Shown here: positions 18,960-28,978 of the stretch, piece after piece
Layout of the letters: every line of letters begins with the position of its first letter
How positions within the stretch are numbered: the stretch's first letter is position 1
Assembly (NCBI GenBank): GCA_963839395.1
Contig: CAWIUW010000004.1
Location: 37,545-101,544, forward strand
Origin: an uncultured Actinomycetota bacterium
GTDB taxonomy: Bacteria; Actinomycetota; UBA4738; HRBIN12
DNA length: 64,000 nt
Direction: 5' to 3'
The notes under the pieces: model-generated
Told to the model about the DNA's origin: nothing
Seen by the model: only the letters and a program-made list of their open reading frames with translations
Databases searched by the model: none
Translations under genes and position numbers: made by a program

Positions 18960-19898
18960 ATGGGAACGGTCCTGCTCGCGGCGCCACGCGGCTACTGCGC
19001 CGGTGTCGAACGAGCCGTGGATGCGGTCGAGCGAGCACTCGAGCTCCACGGGGGGCCGGTGTACGTTCGCAAGCAGATCGTCCACAACCTGCATGTGGTG
19101 CGCGACCTGGAGCGGAAGGGCGCCGTCTTCGTGGACGAGCTCGACGAGGTCCCCGGAGCGGCGGTCGTGGTGCTCTCCGCCCACGGCTCGTCGCCGACGG
19201 TCCACGCCGACGCGGCCTCGCGGCGTTTGGAGCTGATCGACGCCACGTGCCCGCTGGTCACCAAGGTCCACCTCGAGGCGCGCCGGTTCGCCGAGGACGA
19301 CCGGACCATCCTGCTGATCGGTCACGCGGGGCATGAGGAGGTCGAAGGCACGAGCGGGCAGGCCCCGGATCGCACGATCCTGGTGCAATCGATCGAGGAG
19401 GCGGAGCGCGTGGAGGTTCCCGACCCGCTCCGCCTCTCCTACCTCACCCAGACCACCTTGTCGGTCGACGAGACCGATCAGATCCTGGACGTCCTTCGAT
19501 CCCGCTTCCCGGAGATCCAGGGCCCGCCTCGCGAAGACATCTGCTACGCAACGCAGAACCGCCAGGATGCCGTCAAGGAGGTCGCGCGTCGGGCGGATGT
19601 GGTGCTCGTGATCGGGTCCCGGAACTCCTCCAACTCGAACCGACTCGCCGAGGTCAGCCGCGAGAGGGGCACGCCCGCCTACCTGGTGGACGACGAGACC
19701 GAGGTCGACCCCTCGTGGGTGGAGGGCGCCGAGGTCGTCGGGCTGACCTCCGGCGCGTCGGCGCCCGAGCGGCTGGTGGCGCGGATGCTCGAGTGGCTCG
19801 CGGAACGCGGCTTCGACCGCGTGGAGCAGGCGCTGATCACCGAAGAGAGCGTCCGGTTCGCGCTGCCTCCCGGCGTTCGGGCGAGGACCGTTCGCTGA
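18960..19898 (+). CDS. ispH: 4-hydroxy-3-methylbut-2-enyl diphosphate reductase
   Basis: [17 protein letters not shown]...VHNLHVV...[11 protein letters not shown]...ICYATQNRQ. The three Cys cluster ligands are present. Confidence 0.9.
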   Translation: MGTVLLAAPRGYCAGVERAVDAVERALELHGGPVYVRKQIVHNLHVVRDLERKGAVFVDELDEVPGAAVVVLSAHGSSPTVHADAASRRLELIDATCPLVTKVHLEARRFAEDDRTILLIGHAGHEEVEGTSGQAPDRTILVQSIEEAERVEVPDPLRLSYLTQTTLSVDETDQILDVLRSRFPEIQGPPREDICYATQNRQDAVKEVARRADVVLVIGSRNSSNSNRLAEVSRERGTPAYLVDDETEVDPSWVEGAEVVGLTSGASAPERLVARMLEWLAERGFDRVEQALITEESVRFALPPGVRARTVR

Positions 19899-19930
19899 GG
19901 TCTACGACCATCCGCAGCGGTCTACGACCA
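19897..19930. repeat. Two copies of the palindromic motif GGTCTACGACC(A), 20 bp apart, between convergent ispH and the Lrp-like gene
   Basis: GAGGTCTACGACCA at 19897-19910 and GCGGTCTACGACCA at 19917-19930. Each core has inverted arms GGTC/GACC. Confidence 0.4.
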
Positions 19931-20473
19931 GGAACTGAACTGGTCCCGGTCCTCCTCGGGTTCCTCGTAGTCGACGGACACCAGCGTGCTCGTCGAACGG
20001 ACGCCCGGCAGGGAGTGGATCTTGTCCAAGACGATGGCCGAGGCGACCTCCCACGGTTCCGGGATACAGGCCAGCAGATCCCAGCGGCCGCCCAGGACGG
20101 CGGCCCCGGACACCCCACCGATCTCGGAGAGCCGCTCGTAGAGACCCGCGGCCGCCCCCGAGTCTGCCTCGATGTGGACGTAGCACGCGCCCCGGATGAT
20201 CTGCGGGATCGGAAGCCCTCCGAAGCCCACCACGCCGAGCCGATCGGGTGGCACGACGGGCGCGGTGAACGTGCGGGCGACGCCCTCGATCGTCTGCAGC
20301 TCCGAGAGCACGCCGGTCGCCACCGTCGCGAGGTCGGGTCCGTCGATCAAGCAGAGGATGTCCCATTCCCCGATCACCACGACCGATCTCCGCGCAGCTG
20401 CGGTGGACGTGAGCCGATCCCTCACGGGCCCGATGGATCCGGGACGAACCCGCAGGTAGACGAAGGCCTCCAT
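19922..20473 (-). CDS. Lrp/AsnC-type ligand-binding (RAM) domain protein, tandem
   Basis: Two AsnC_trans_reg-like beta-alpha-beta-beta-alpha-beta repeats with no obvious N-terminal HTH. Confidence 0.5.
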   Translation of the reverse strand: MEAFVYLRVRPGSIGPVRDRLTSTAAARRSVVVIGEWDILCLIDGPDLATVATGVLSELQTIEGVARTFTAPVVPPDRLGVVGFGGLPIPQIIRGACYVHIEADSGAAAGLYERLSEIGGVSGAAVLGGRWDLLACIPEPWEVASAIVLDKIHSLPGVRSTSTLVSVDYEEPEEDRDQFSSWS

Positions 20474-20548
20474 GGGAGGAGGCTAGGCCAGCCCCCCAGA
20501 CCGAACAAGCACCGGGGAAGCAGTGGGACTCGTGGAAGGACCGAAGTA

Positions 20549-21739
20549 CTACCCCGCCGCGGGGACGGGCGCCCGTGTCAATGCCGCGAGCTCTTCTTCG
20601 CCTTCCTCCGGTCCGACGGAGATCACCCGGTCCCCTTCCTGGAGGGTGAACCCCGAGCGGGGTCGGTAGATCCACCGGGAACCACGTTGGACGGCGAGCA
20701 CGAACATGCCGGTCTCGGTCTCGACGCGGAGCTCTTTGAGCGACCGCCCCGCGGCCTCCGACCCCCGTTCGACCACCACCTCCGAGCTCGTCTCCTCGGT
20801 CTCCTCCAGGGCGAGCTGGACGACCGGATGCAATGGCTCTCCCTGCTCCACGTACCAGGTCATGTCGCGGGCTGCGTCGCAGACGTACTCCGACGCGGCG
20901 CCGAGTCGCAGGAGGCCGCGGAGCGCATCTGGATCGCGAGCCTCCGGCGCCGCCCGAAGGACCCAGGATTCGAGCTCGTCGTGCAGGATGTCCGATCGAG
21001 CCTCGAGGGTCCCGACCTCGGCCGCCAGGGAACGGTTGTTGAACAACAAGGCGGAATACGCGAGTCCGACCGCCGCCTCGGCGAGGTCTTTCAGCTCGAC
21101 GAGGATGTCCACCGCTCGATCAAGCTCCGAGAGCGGGGGCGCCTCGTCGCCGGGTGCCTCCGGCAGCGGCGGGGCACCGGCCAGCTCACGTACGTGGTTC
21201 ACCCCTTCCTCGGGGCCGCGGATCAGGAGCACGTCGCCGACGGCGACCACGTCTTCGGCGCCGGGATCGAAGCGCCAGTCCATCCCGCTCCGGATCGCGA
21301 CCACCCACATGCCCGATTCCGTCGGGAGCGAGAGATCGCGGAGCGTGCGGCCGGCTGCAGGGGCGTCGTCGCGGATCTTGATCCTCGCCGTCATCTCGTC
21401 GGCGTGACGGAGATCCTGTCGGAGCGCGTCTGGGATCCCGAGCCGGGCGGCGACGACGCGCGCGATGTCGGAGGCGGCATCGCCCACGCGCTCGATCGCA
21501 TGCGCGATCCACAGGACCCCGGCCATCCCTTCGGCGTCCTCGGGGCTACGGGCGGCGAGCATGGCGGTGATGCGAAGGCGGCGGAGGTGTTCGCTCATCC
21601 GCTGCTCGAGCCGTTCGACCTCCTGCGCCAGCTTCTCCTCGTTGAAGAAGACGGCCGCGTAGGCCAGGTCGACCATGAGCTCGGACGCGTCTTTCAGCTC
21701 GACCAGGAGGTCCTTGACGTTCCGAGGTTGTTCGTCCAT
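20549..21739 (-). CDS. Regulatory protein with two PhoU-like + TrkA-C (RCK_C) repeats
   Basis: Each repeat has a PhoU-like helical segment followed by a TrkA-C beta-rich segment. ATG overlaps the MgtE stop (ATGA). Confidence 0.6.
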   Translation of the reverse strand: MDEQPRNVKDLLVELKDASELMVDLAYAAVFFNEEKLAQEVERLEQRMSEHLRRLRITAMLAARSPEDAEGMAGVLWIAHAIERVGDAASDIARVVAARLGIPDALRQDLRHADEMTARIKIRDDAPAAGRTLRDLSLPTESGMWVVAIRSGMDWRFDPGAEDVVAVGDVLLIRGPEEGVNHVRELAGAPPLPEAPGDEAPPLSELDRAVDILVELKDLAEAAVGLAYSALLFNNRSLAAEVGTLEARSDILHDELESWVLRAAPEARDPDALRGLLRLGAASEYVCDAARDMTWYVEQGEPLHPVVQLALEETEETSSEVVVERGSEAAGRSLKELRVETETGMFVLAVQRGSRWIYRPRSGFTLQEGDRVISVGPEEGEEELAALTRAPVPAAG

Positions 21740-22995
21740 CACGGGAGTACTCCGGATAATCTCATGACCAGGAGGATGGCCGCCACGCCCGCGAGGTCGA
21801 GGAGCGAGGTGATGAACGGAACACCTTGGTTGTCCGGGTCGATCCCGAAGCGCGCGGTGAGCACGGCGATGGCGTAGCCGACCACCAGCGTGATCGGCAG
21901 CACGATCGCCCCCGCGAGCAGCGTGGCGCCGATCAAGAGGGCCGGCGCGGGATCCGGACCCTCCATCAGCGTAGACAGAGCCCAGGCGACCGCGCCGATC
22001 GCGGTGAACACGAGCACGCCCAGCGTGATGACGATGCCGCCGTCCACGATCGCCGGGATCTCGGGGCGCCCGCGTGGGGTGATGACACCGAGCTGGAGCT
22101 TGGAGGAAAGCCGAGACGACAGGATCCCTCCGAGCGCTCCTGCCTGTGAGACGAACGGGGGGATCAGGATCAAGACGGCGGTGACCGTCTCGAGGTCCCC
22201 GCGATGCGCCTCGAGCAGAGCCCCCGCGAAGATGTCGAGCAGCGGGGCGAGTGCCACGACGACCGCCATCTCCAGCAGGATCCGCCGGACGCCGACGTCC
22301 ACGAAGAACGCGGCGACGAGCGCCGCGACGGTCGCCGCCGTGCAGAGCACGGCGGCGACCGTGCTCACCGTGTCGTTCCCGACGAGCAACGTGGCGAGGA
22401 AGAGGCACGGGAGCGTCACCATGTCCCCGATGGCGGTGACCATCGGCGTGGACACAGCGTCCAGGTCCCAGCCCCTCCGGAACGACATCACCGCGATGCC
22501 GACGGTGAACACGAGCGCGATCAACGACGCGAGGACCCCGCCGACGACGGAGATCGTCACCAGGTCCCAGAAGGAGATCACCGATTCCCTCGCGAAGGCC
22601 GACGCCACGAGCGTCGCGATGGCGGCCAGGTAGAACGACGTCAACAACGCCGAGAGGACGCCGACGATGACGTTGCGGGAGAGCAGGCTGCCGCGGCGGA
22701 GCGTGGGCTCGAAGATGCCGGCGGCGATCCCGGTGCCGAAGCGGGCGCCCATCGCGCCGAAGATCGTGCCTCGCATGCCGACCGCGGCGGGGATCAGGAC
22801 GAGGAGTCCCGGGAGCTTCTCCAGCGTGCCGGTGATCGAGCCGAGGACGAGCCCGGCGACGAACCCGGCGCAGGTGCTCAGCACGAGCGCGACCGCTCCC
22901 TGTCGAAGGGTGCGGCGTTCCGAGCGCCAGTATCCGAACAGATGGCGGGCGCGGCGCGCGAGGCGGGCGGGCGCGGCCCCGAGGCGCTCAGCCAT
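21739..22995 (-). CDS. MgtE-family divalent cation transporter (tandem MgtE membrane domains, no N-terminal CBS domain)
   Basis: 10-12 TM helices and duplicated MgtE-domain signature (GxIxxALxxxL...PxxxxTxxxDxxG). Confidence 0.65.
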   Translation of the reverse strand: MAERLGAAPARLARRARHLFGYWRSERRTLRQGAVALVLSTCAGFVAGLVLGSITGTLEKLPGLLVLIPAAVGMRGTIFGAMGARFGTGIAAGIFEPTLRRGSLLSRNVIVGVLSALLTSFYLAAIATLVASAFARESVISFWDLVTISVVGGVLASLIALVFTVGIAVMSFRRGWDLDAVSTPMVTAIGDMVTLPCLFLATLLVGNDTVSTVAAVLCTAATVAALVAAFFVDVGVRRILLEMAVVVALAPLLDIFAGALLEAHRGDLETVTAVLILIPPFVSQAGALGGILSSRLSSKLQLGVITPRGRPEIPAIVDGGIVITLGVLVFTAIGAVAWALSTLMEGPDPAPALLIGATLLAGAIVLPITLVVGYAIAVLTARFGIDPDNQGVPFITSLLDLAGVAAILLVMRLSGVLP

Positions 22996-23192
22996 CGTGG
23001 CTCACCCCCGAAGGGTTCGTCAGGCGCTCGTCAGGCTCGCGCGTGCGCGAGTACCCCCCGGCGTGCCGGGTCGGGAGGAGCTCGGGCGTGCGGCTCCGCG
23101 AGGACATAAGGGCACCGTCATCGATCGTGATCCTTCGTGAGAACGTCGCGCCGTCGGGACGCCTCGGCGGCCCGCGCAGTATATGCCGAGGG

Positions 23193-24155
23193 TCAGGCCT
23201 GCCCGTCCTCGACCCAATCGCGGGTGACGTACAGCCAGAATGCGAGTCCCGCGTACTCGCCGTACGGGCGGAACCGACGCTCGATCTGCGCGTCCGAGAC
23301 CGGTCGCTTCCGCCCCACGAGCCGGGTGTACTTCGGCCTCGTCCAGGAGTCGAGGATCAGCCGGGAGTGACGCCCGAGCATCATCATGATGTGCGCGGCC
23401 GCGTACGGCCCCACGCCGGGAAGGGCCAGGAGCGCTGCCTCGAGCTCGGTGTCGGGAAGCGCCGCGGGCGTCGCCGTCGCGAACGCCTCCAGATCCAGCT
23501 CTCCATCGGCAACCGCCCTCGCCAGTCCGATCAGGTAGGCGCTCCGATAGCCGGCTCTGACCACATCCCGATAGAAGGCTTCGGGAGCGTCGGCCATCGC
23601 GACCGGCGTGGGGAAGGCGTTCGAGAGGGGCCCGTCTCCGCCGAGCGCCGGGTCGCCCAGGTGGGTCACGAGCGCGTCAACCATCCGGACCGTCGCGCTC
23701 CATGCGCAGTTGGTCGTGCAGACCGTCTTCACCACGTCCTCGAAGACCGTGGGGGAGCGGAGCATCCGGCCGGCGCCGCGCGTCGCCCACGCGAGGTCCG
23801 GGTCCTCCGCCGCTCGGAGATAGAACGGCGACAGATCTTGATCGAGCCGAAGGACGTGCGCCGCGCCCTCGAGCGCGGCGCGAATGACCCTCTGGCCCGG
23901 CTTCGGTCCGAGCACCTCGAGCCGCGCGCGCCCTCCGGGCGTGCGGTTCCCCCTCGCGCGCGTCTGGGGACCTTGCGACACCCGCACCCTGCGCGGTCGA
24001 CCTCCGGGAACGCGAACCGTGAATGCGAGGGATCGAGCTTCCTCGTCGAGGACCGTGGGCGAGAGCTCCGCGAACCCGTGCGAGATCAAGGTTCGCCACA
24101 GATCGACCGGCTCGCCACCGGGAGCGGCCAGCTCGAGCTCGAGGGTGGTGGTCAC
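23193..24155 (-). CDS. DNA-3-methyladenine glycosylase II / HhH-GPD family glycosylase (AlkA-like)
   Basis: HhH-GPD region LPGVGPYAAAHIMMMLG with catalytic Asp (LDSWT). GTG start overlaps the stop of the upstream CGNR gene (GTGA). Confidence 0.65.
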   Translation of the reverse strand: MTTTLELELAAPGGEPVDLWRTLISHGFAELSPTVLDEEARSLAFTVRVPGGRPRRVRVSQGPQTRARGNRTPGGRARLEVLGPKPGQRVIRAALEGAAHVLRLDQDLSPFYLRAAEDPDLAWATRGAGRMLRSPTVFEDVVKTVCTTNCAWSATVRMVDALVTHLGDPALGGDGPLSNAFPTPVAMADAPEAFYRDVVRAGYRSAYLIGLARAVADGELDLEAFATATPAALPDTELEAALLALPGVGPYAAAHIMMMLGRHSRLILDSWTRPKYTRLVGRKRPVSDAQIERRFRPYGEYAGLAFWLYVTRDWVEDGQA

Positions 24156-24745
24156 TCCGCGGCCTGCCGCTCCCGGAACGCGCGGACCTTCGCTCTGTTC
24201 CCACAGGAAGCCATGGAGCACCACTTGCCGCTCTTGTTCTTCGAGTGATCGAAGAAGACCGAGGAGCATCCGGGGTCGTGGCAGACGCGGAATCGTTCCC
24301 AACGCCCGTCGAGCTCGGCGAGGAACGCGGATCCCAGGATCCTCCCGATCGCGCCGCGAACCCCCGTGGCCTCGACGTGGATCGGGCTTTCCTCGTCGCA
24401 GCCGAAGCAAACCCGGAGCCCGGTCTGCTCGGCGGCGCGGTTGAGGAACTCGGTCGCCGTCGTGTCCGCGGGGGCTCCCATGTTCTCTCGCACCTTGGTG
24501 GTGAGGGCGTCTCGCACCCGGAGGGCCCACGCCAGATCCTGGTCCTTGATGTGGTCCTCTTCCTCGACCAACGCCCTCGAGGTGAGCCACCACCGCAGGC
24601 TCTCGAGGCTCGGAGGGAAACCGTCCGGGTTCCCCTGCTCGTGGTCGTGCAAGGACAGGAATGCGCGCACGAGCTCGAGATCACCCGGTGCGGGCGGTGT
24701 CTCCCCCCGCTCGTGGACGGGCTGCGGGAGCCGCTTCGTCTCCAA
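24152..24745 (-). CDS. CGNR zinc-finger (ABATE domain) putative stress-responsive regulator
   Basis: C-terminal CxxxxC...C.CGNR motif (RVCHDPGCSSVFFDHSKNKSGKWCSMASCGNRAKV). Confidence 0.75.
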   Translation of the reverse strand: METKRLPQPVHERGETPPAPGDLELVRAFLSLHDHEQGNPDGFPPSLESLRWWLTSRALVEEEDHIKDQDLAWALRVRDALTTKVRENMGAPADTTATEFLNRAAEQTGLRVCFGCDEESPIHVEATGVRGAIGRILGSAFLAELDGRWERFRVCHDPGCSSVFFDHSKNKSGKWCSMASCGNRAKVRAFRERQAAE

Positions 24746-24904
24746 TACGACCTACCCTCCGAAACCATCCATCAGGGTTGACAGGTTACACCGAAACCAA
24801 CCATCTTGTCTTGCTGGTTACGCTGCCGGGGAGAGATCGATGTGGCCGGTGTGGTCGAGCCCGACGCCCCGTACCTCGGTCGCCGGGCCGCCTAGACTCG
24901 GCGC

Positions 24905-25195
24905 GTGCTCGCGTTCACCGACTGGGCGGTCGAGATCTTGTCGCGCGCCGACGCGGCGGCCCGGCGCTTCAACCCCGATGTGCGTGTGCGGATCGTCCGC
25001 GCGGACGACGACGGCGTCCGGTTCGAGCTCACGGACGAGGCGGATCCCACCGACCGGATCGTGGAGCACCCCTCGGGGTTCACGTTGCTCGTCCCGGAGG
25101 GGCTGGAGGGGACGGTGGACGTGGTGGAGCCTCACGACCAGCTGGTCCTCCGACCGCCGGGGGACCCCGTGAGAAGCGCGCGCACACCGCACTGA
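24905..25195 (+). CDS. Small HesB/IscA-fold-like protein lacking the cluster-binding cysteines
   Basis: 96 aa. Pattern MLAFTDWAVEIL...VRVRIV...GVRFELTDE...GFTLLV resembles the Fe-S biogenesis fold but has no Cys. Confidence 0.35.
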   Translation: MLAFTDWAVEILSRADAAARRFNPDVRVRIVRADDDGVRFELTDEADPTDRIVEHPSGFTLLVPEGLEGTVDVVEPHDQLVLRPPGDPVRSARTPH

Positions 25196-25235
25196 CCTGC
25201 CAGAGCGTCAACGTGCGGCGGATACACTTGCGTCC

Positions 25236-26093
25236 ATGACGGACGCGGGTGCCCTTCGGGCCGTGGGCGGAGCGGGCACCGTGATGATGATCGGCGGCGC
25301 GGAGGACCGTTTCCGCGACAAGGTCATCCTCGGTACCTTCGCGGAGCTCGCGGGACGCGAAGCCGGCCACGTGGTCGTGATCTCCACGGCTTCCTCGTTG
25401 GGTGAGGCGGCCACCGAGGCGTACCGCGAGCTGTTCCTCGGTCTCGGGATCGGACGGGTGAGTGGCATCCACCCCGAGGAGCGGGAGGAGGCGGACGACC
25501 CGGCCGCGGTCGCACTCCTCGCTGAGGCGACAGGGGTGTTCCTCACGGGAGGGAACCAGTCCCGGTTGACGCAGGTCGTGGCGGGCACGCGCCTCGGCGA
25601 TGCGATCTCCAACGCGCACGACCGAGGGGTCGTGCTCGCCGGGACGAGCGCGGGCGCGTCCGCGCTCGCCTCGCACATGGTCGCGTTCGGTCGCGAAGGA
25701 CCGACGCCAAAGCACCGCATGGTGCACCTGGCGGCCGGGCTGGGGATCGTCCAGGGCGTCGTCGTCGACCAGCACTTCGAGCAGCGAGGGCGGATCGGCC
25801 GGCTGCTCGCCCTCGTCGCGCAGTCGCCGTCGCTCCTCGGCATCGGGATCGACGAGGACACGTGCGCCGTGGTGAGCGGCGCGCGAGACCTCTACGTGAT
25901 CGGCCGCGGAGCGGTCACCCTCGTCGACGGCTCGCACGTCAAGACCGATGCCTATCGCGGGAAGGGCTATCGTCCCGTCATGGTGAGCGGCGCCATCCTG
26001 CACTCCCTGCCCTCGGGGTACCGGTTCGACCTGCGCGGTCGCGCGCTGCTCACAGGTCCGGACGCCCTCGAGGACGGGGAGGCGTCGACGTGA
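25236..26093 (+). CDS. cphB: Cyanophycinase (peptidase S51)
   Basis: MMIGGAEDR...FLTGGNQSRL...AGTSAGAS (Ser nucleophile)...DQHFEQRGR. Stop overlaps the cphA GTG (GTGA). Confidence 0.85.
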   Translation: MTDAGALRAVGGAGTVMMIGGAEDRFRDKVILGTFAELAGREAGHVVVISTASSLGEAATEAYRELFLGLGIGRVSGIHPEEREEADDPAAVALLAEATGVFLTGGNQSRLTQVVAGTRLGDAISNAHDRGVVLAGTSAGASALASHMVAFGREGPTPKHRMVHLAAGLGIVQGVVVDQHFEQRGRIGRLLALVAQSPSLLGIGIDEDTCAVVSGARDLYVIGRGAVTLVDGSHVKTDAYRGKGYRPVMVSGAILHSLPSGYRFDLRGRALLTGPDALEDGEAST

Positions 26094-28975
26094 CCAAGGC
26101 GGCTCCCAAGCAGCGACGCGAGTCGACGGCGGGGCCGCGCGCCAACCGCCGGGCGATCAAGCGTCAGCCGGCCTCGGCGAAGTCCGGCAAGCCGAAGCCC
26201 GATCTGAAGATCGTCCAGACGCAGGTCTTCCGAGGCCCGAACTATTGGTCCTACGAGCCGTGCATCCGGATGCTCGTGGACCTCGGGTCGCTCGAGGAAT
26301 GGCCGTCCCACCAGATCCCGGGCTTCAACGAAGGCCTCCTCGCGCTCCTCCCCGGCGTCGCCGAGCATTCCTGTTCCCTCGGCCGCCGCGGCGGCTTCGG
26401 CGAGCGATTGGTCGACGGTACCTGGCTGGGTCACGTCGCCGAGCACGTTGCCCTCGAGCTCCAACGGGAGACCGGCGCGCACATCTCGAGGGGCAAGACG
26501 AGGAGCGCCAGCGAGACCGGCCAGTACAACGTGATCTACGGCTACTGGGAGGAGACCGTCGGCGTGGAGGCGGGGAAGCTCGCCGTCCGGCTGGTCAACC
26601 ACCTCGTCAAGCCCGAGAAGGAGTTCGACTTCCTCGAGGAGCTCGAACGCCTGATCAAGCTCGCGGAGCGCCGGGCGTTCGGCCCCTCGACGCAGGCGAT
26701 CATCGACGAGGCGGCGTCGCGCGACATCCCGTGGATGCGTCTGAACGAAGCCTCGTTGATCCAACTCGGCCAGGGCAAGTACCAGGAGCGGATCCGCGCG
26801 ACGATGACGTCGATGACGTCGGCGCTCGCCGTCGACATCGCCTCGGACAAGAAGATGACGAACCGGTTGCTCGCCGCCGCCGGGCTGCCGGTCCCGCGCA
26901 GCGAGGTCGTGCGCACCGCCGACGAGGCGGTCGCGGCGGCCGGACGGATCGGCTTCCCCGTCGTGACCAAGCCCCTCGACGGCAACCATGGACGAGGGGT
27001 CGGGCTGAATCTCACGAAGGACAGGGCCGTCCGTACCGGGTTCGAGCGGGCGCTGAAGGAGTCCAGGGACGGCCGGGTCGTCGTCGAGACGTTCGTCAAC
27101 GGCAACGACTACCGGGTGCTCGTGATCGGCGGGCGGATGGCGGCGATCGCCGAGCGCCAGCCGGCGCACGTGATCGGCGACGGCGAGCACACCGTGCGAG
27201 AGCTCGTCGAGATCACGAACCAGGACCCCCGTCGGGGGATCGGACACGAGAAGGTGTTGACGAGGATCACGATCGACGCGAACGCCGGGCAGCTCGTCCG
27301 TGCGCAGGGGTACGGCTTCGACGACGTCCCGCCGGAGGGTGATCGGATCCTGTTGGTCGCGACGGGCAACATGTCGACCGGAGGCATCTCGATCGACCGC
27401 ACTTGGGAGGCCCACGAGGACAACGTCGAGATCGCCGAGGAAGCCGCGAGGGTCGTCGGGCTCGACGTGGCGGGCATCGATTTCCTGGCGCCGGACATCT
27501 CCCTCCCCGTTCGTGAGACGGGCGGCGCCATCGTGGAAGTGAACGCCGCGCCCGGATTCCGGATGCACACGCATCCCACCGAAGGAGAGCCTCAGTACGT
27601 CGCGAAACCCGTGATCGATTCGTTGTTCCCGCAAGGGACGCCGTCGCGGATCCCGATCGTCGCCGTGACCGGCTCGAACGGGAAGACCACCACGACCCGG
27701 ATGATCGCGCACATCTTCCGGGGCCTCGGCAGGAAGATCGGCATGACGTCGACGGACGGCGTGTACATCGACGAGCGACTGGTGAAGCGCGTCGACGCGT
27801 CGGGACCGAAGTCGGCGCAGATGGTGTTGCAGAACCCGCGCGTCGACATGGCCATCTTCGAGGTCGCCCGCGGCGGCATCCTTCGCGAGGGACTCGGCTA
27901 CGGGCGCAACGACGTGGGCGTCGTGCTGAACGTGACCGGCGATCACCTGGGACTCCGCGACGTGGAGACGCTCGAGCAGCTCGCCGCCGTGAAGCAGGTC
28001 GTCGTCGAGGCGGTGCCGAAGACGGGCTGGGCGGTGCTGAACGCCGACGACCCGCTCGTGATCGAGATGCGTCGGCACACCGGCGGTCAGGTGATCCTGT
28101 TCTCGATGAAGGAGAAGCACGAGTTCGTGGACCGATGGATCCGTCGAGGGCGGAAAGCCATCGTGCTGGAGCACGGTCCCCTCGGCGAGCTGATGGTGCT
28201 CAAGGAGGGGAGGCGCTCCTCGCCGATCGCCTACGTCCACATGCTGCCGGCCACCTTCGACGGCCGAGCCCGCATGATGGTGCAGAACGCGATGGCCGCC
28301 GCCGCCGCCGCGCACGCAGCGGGCGCGCACCTGCACGACATCCGCCAGGGCCTGCGTTCGTTCACGACCTCGATCTACCAGGCGCCCGGGCGACTCAACG
28401 TCTTCGAGATGGACGGTGTGAAGGTGATCCTCGACTACGCCCATAACGCGGCCGGGCTCGAGACGCTCGGGGAATTCGTGGATCGGCTGGCATCCGACGC
28501 CGCCCGCTCCGAGCGGCCCGGGGAGGCGTCGCGCGATGCCAACCTCGTCGTCGGCGTCGTGGCCACCGCCGGTGACCGGCGCGACGAGGACATGCGGCAG
28601 CTGGGCCGGGTCGCCGCTCGCTACTTCAACATCGTGATCGTCCGCGAGGATCGCCACCCGCGCGGACGGAAGCCGGGGGAGACGGCGGAGCTCGTGGTGG
28701 AAGGTGTTCGCGAGGCGATCAACGAGGGTCACGCCCGCGCGGGCACGGTGGAGATCGTCCTCGACGAGATGGAGGCCTCGCGGAAAGCCCTCGATCGTGC
28801 GCGGCCCGGAGACGTGGTCGTCCTGTGTGTCGACTACGCCACCGAGGTCTACAAGGAGCTCGAGAAGCGACGCGGGAGCGCGACGCCGTCGGCGTTGGGA
28901 GCCTCGGAGCACGGCCTGATCGAAGCCCAGGGCGGCGACACGGACCTGATCGACCTCTCAGGCATCACGCGATAG
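26090..28975 (+). CDS. cphA: Cyanophycin synthetase
   Basis: N domain (LKIVQTQVFRGPNYWSYEPCIRMLVDL), ATP-grasp G domain, and Mur-ligase M domain with P-loop VTGSNGKTTTTRM. About 961 aa from GTG 26090. Confidence 0.9.
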   Translation: MTKAAPKQRRESTAGPRANRRAIKRQPASAKSGKPKPDLKIVQTQVFRGPNYWSYEPCIRMLVDLGSLEEWPSHQIPGFNEGLLALLPGVAEHSCSLGRRGGFGERLVDGTWLGHVAEHVALELQRETGAHISRGKTRSASETGQYNVIYGYWEETVGVEAGKLAVRLVNHLVKPEKEFDFLEELERLIKLAERRAFGPSTQAIIDEAASRDIPWMRLNEASLIQLGQGKYQERIRATMTSMTSALAVDIASDKKMTNRLLAAAGLPVPRSEVVRTADEAVAAAGRIGFPVVTKPLDGNHGRGVGLNLTKDRAVRTGFERALKESRDGRVVVETFVNGNDYRVLVIGGRMAAIAERQPAHVIGDGEHTVRELVEITNQDPRRGIGHEKVLTRITIDANAGQLVRAQGYGFDDVPPEGDRILLVATGNMSTGGISIDRTWEAHEDNVEIAEEAARVVGLDVAGIDFLAPDISLPVRETGGAIVEVNAAPGFRMHTHPTEGEPQYVAKPVIDSLFPQGTPSRIPIVAVTGSNGKTTTTRMIAHIFRGLGRKIGMTSTDGVYIDERLVKRVDASGPKSAQMVLQNPRVDMAIFEVARGGILREGLGYGRNDVGVVLNVTGDHLGLRDVETLEQLAAVKQVVVEAVPKTGWAVLNADDPLVIEMRRHTGGQVILFSMKEKHEFVDRWIRRGRKAIVLEHGPLGELMVLKEGRRSSPIAYVHMLPATFDGRARMMVQNAMAAAAAAHAAGAHLHDIRQGLRSFTTSIYQAPGRLNVFEMDGVKVILDYAHNAAGLETLGEFVDRLASDAARSERPGEASRDANLVVGVVATAGDRRDEDMRQLGRVAARYFNIVIVREDRHPRGRKPGETAELVVEGVREAINEGHARAGTVEIVLDEMEASRKALDRARPGDVVVLCVDYATEVYKELEKRRGSATPSALGASEHGLIEAQGGDTDLIDLSGITR

Positions 28976-28978
28976 CTC

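Noticed and set aside
19715-21877. 720-aa plus-strand ORF
   Set aside because: Antisense to the Lrp-like and PhoU/TrkA-C genes. Arg/Gly/Asp-rich.
25967-28912. 981-aa minus-strand ORF
   Set aside because: Antisense to cphA. No recognisable domains; Arg/Pro/Gly-rich.
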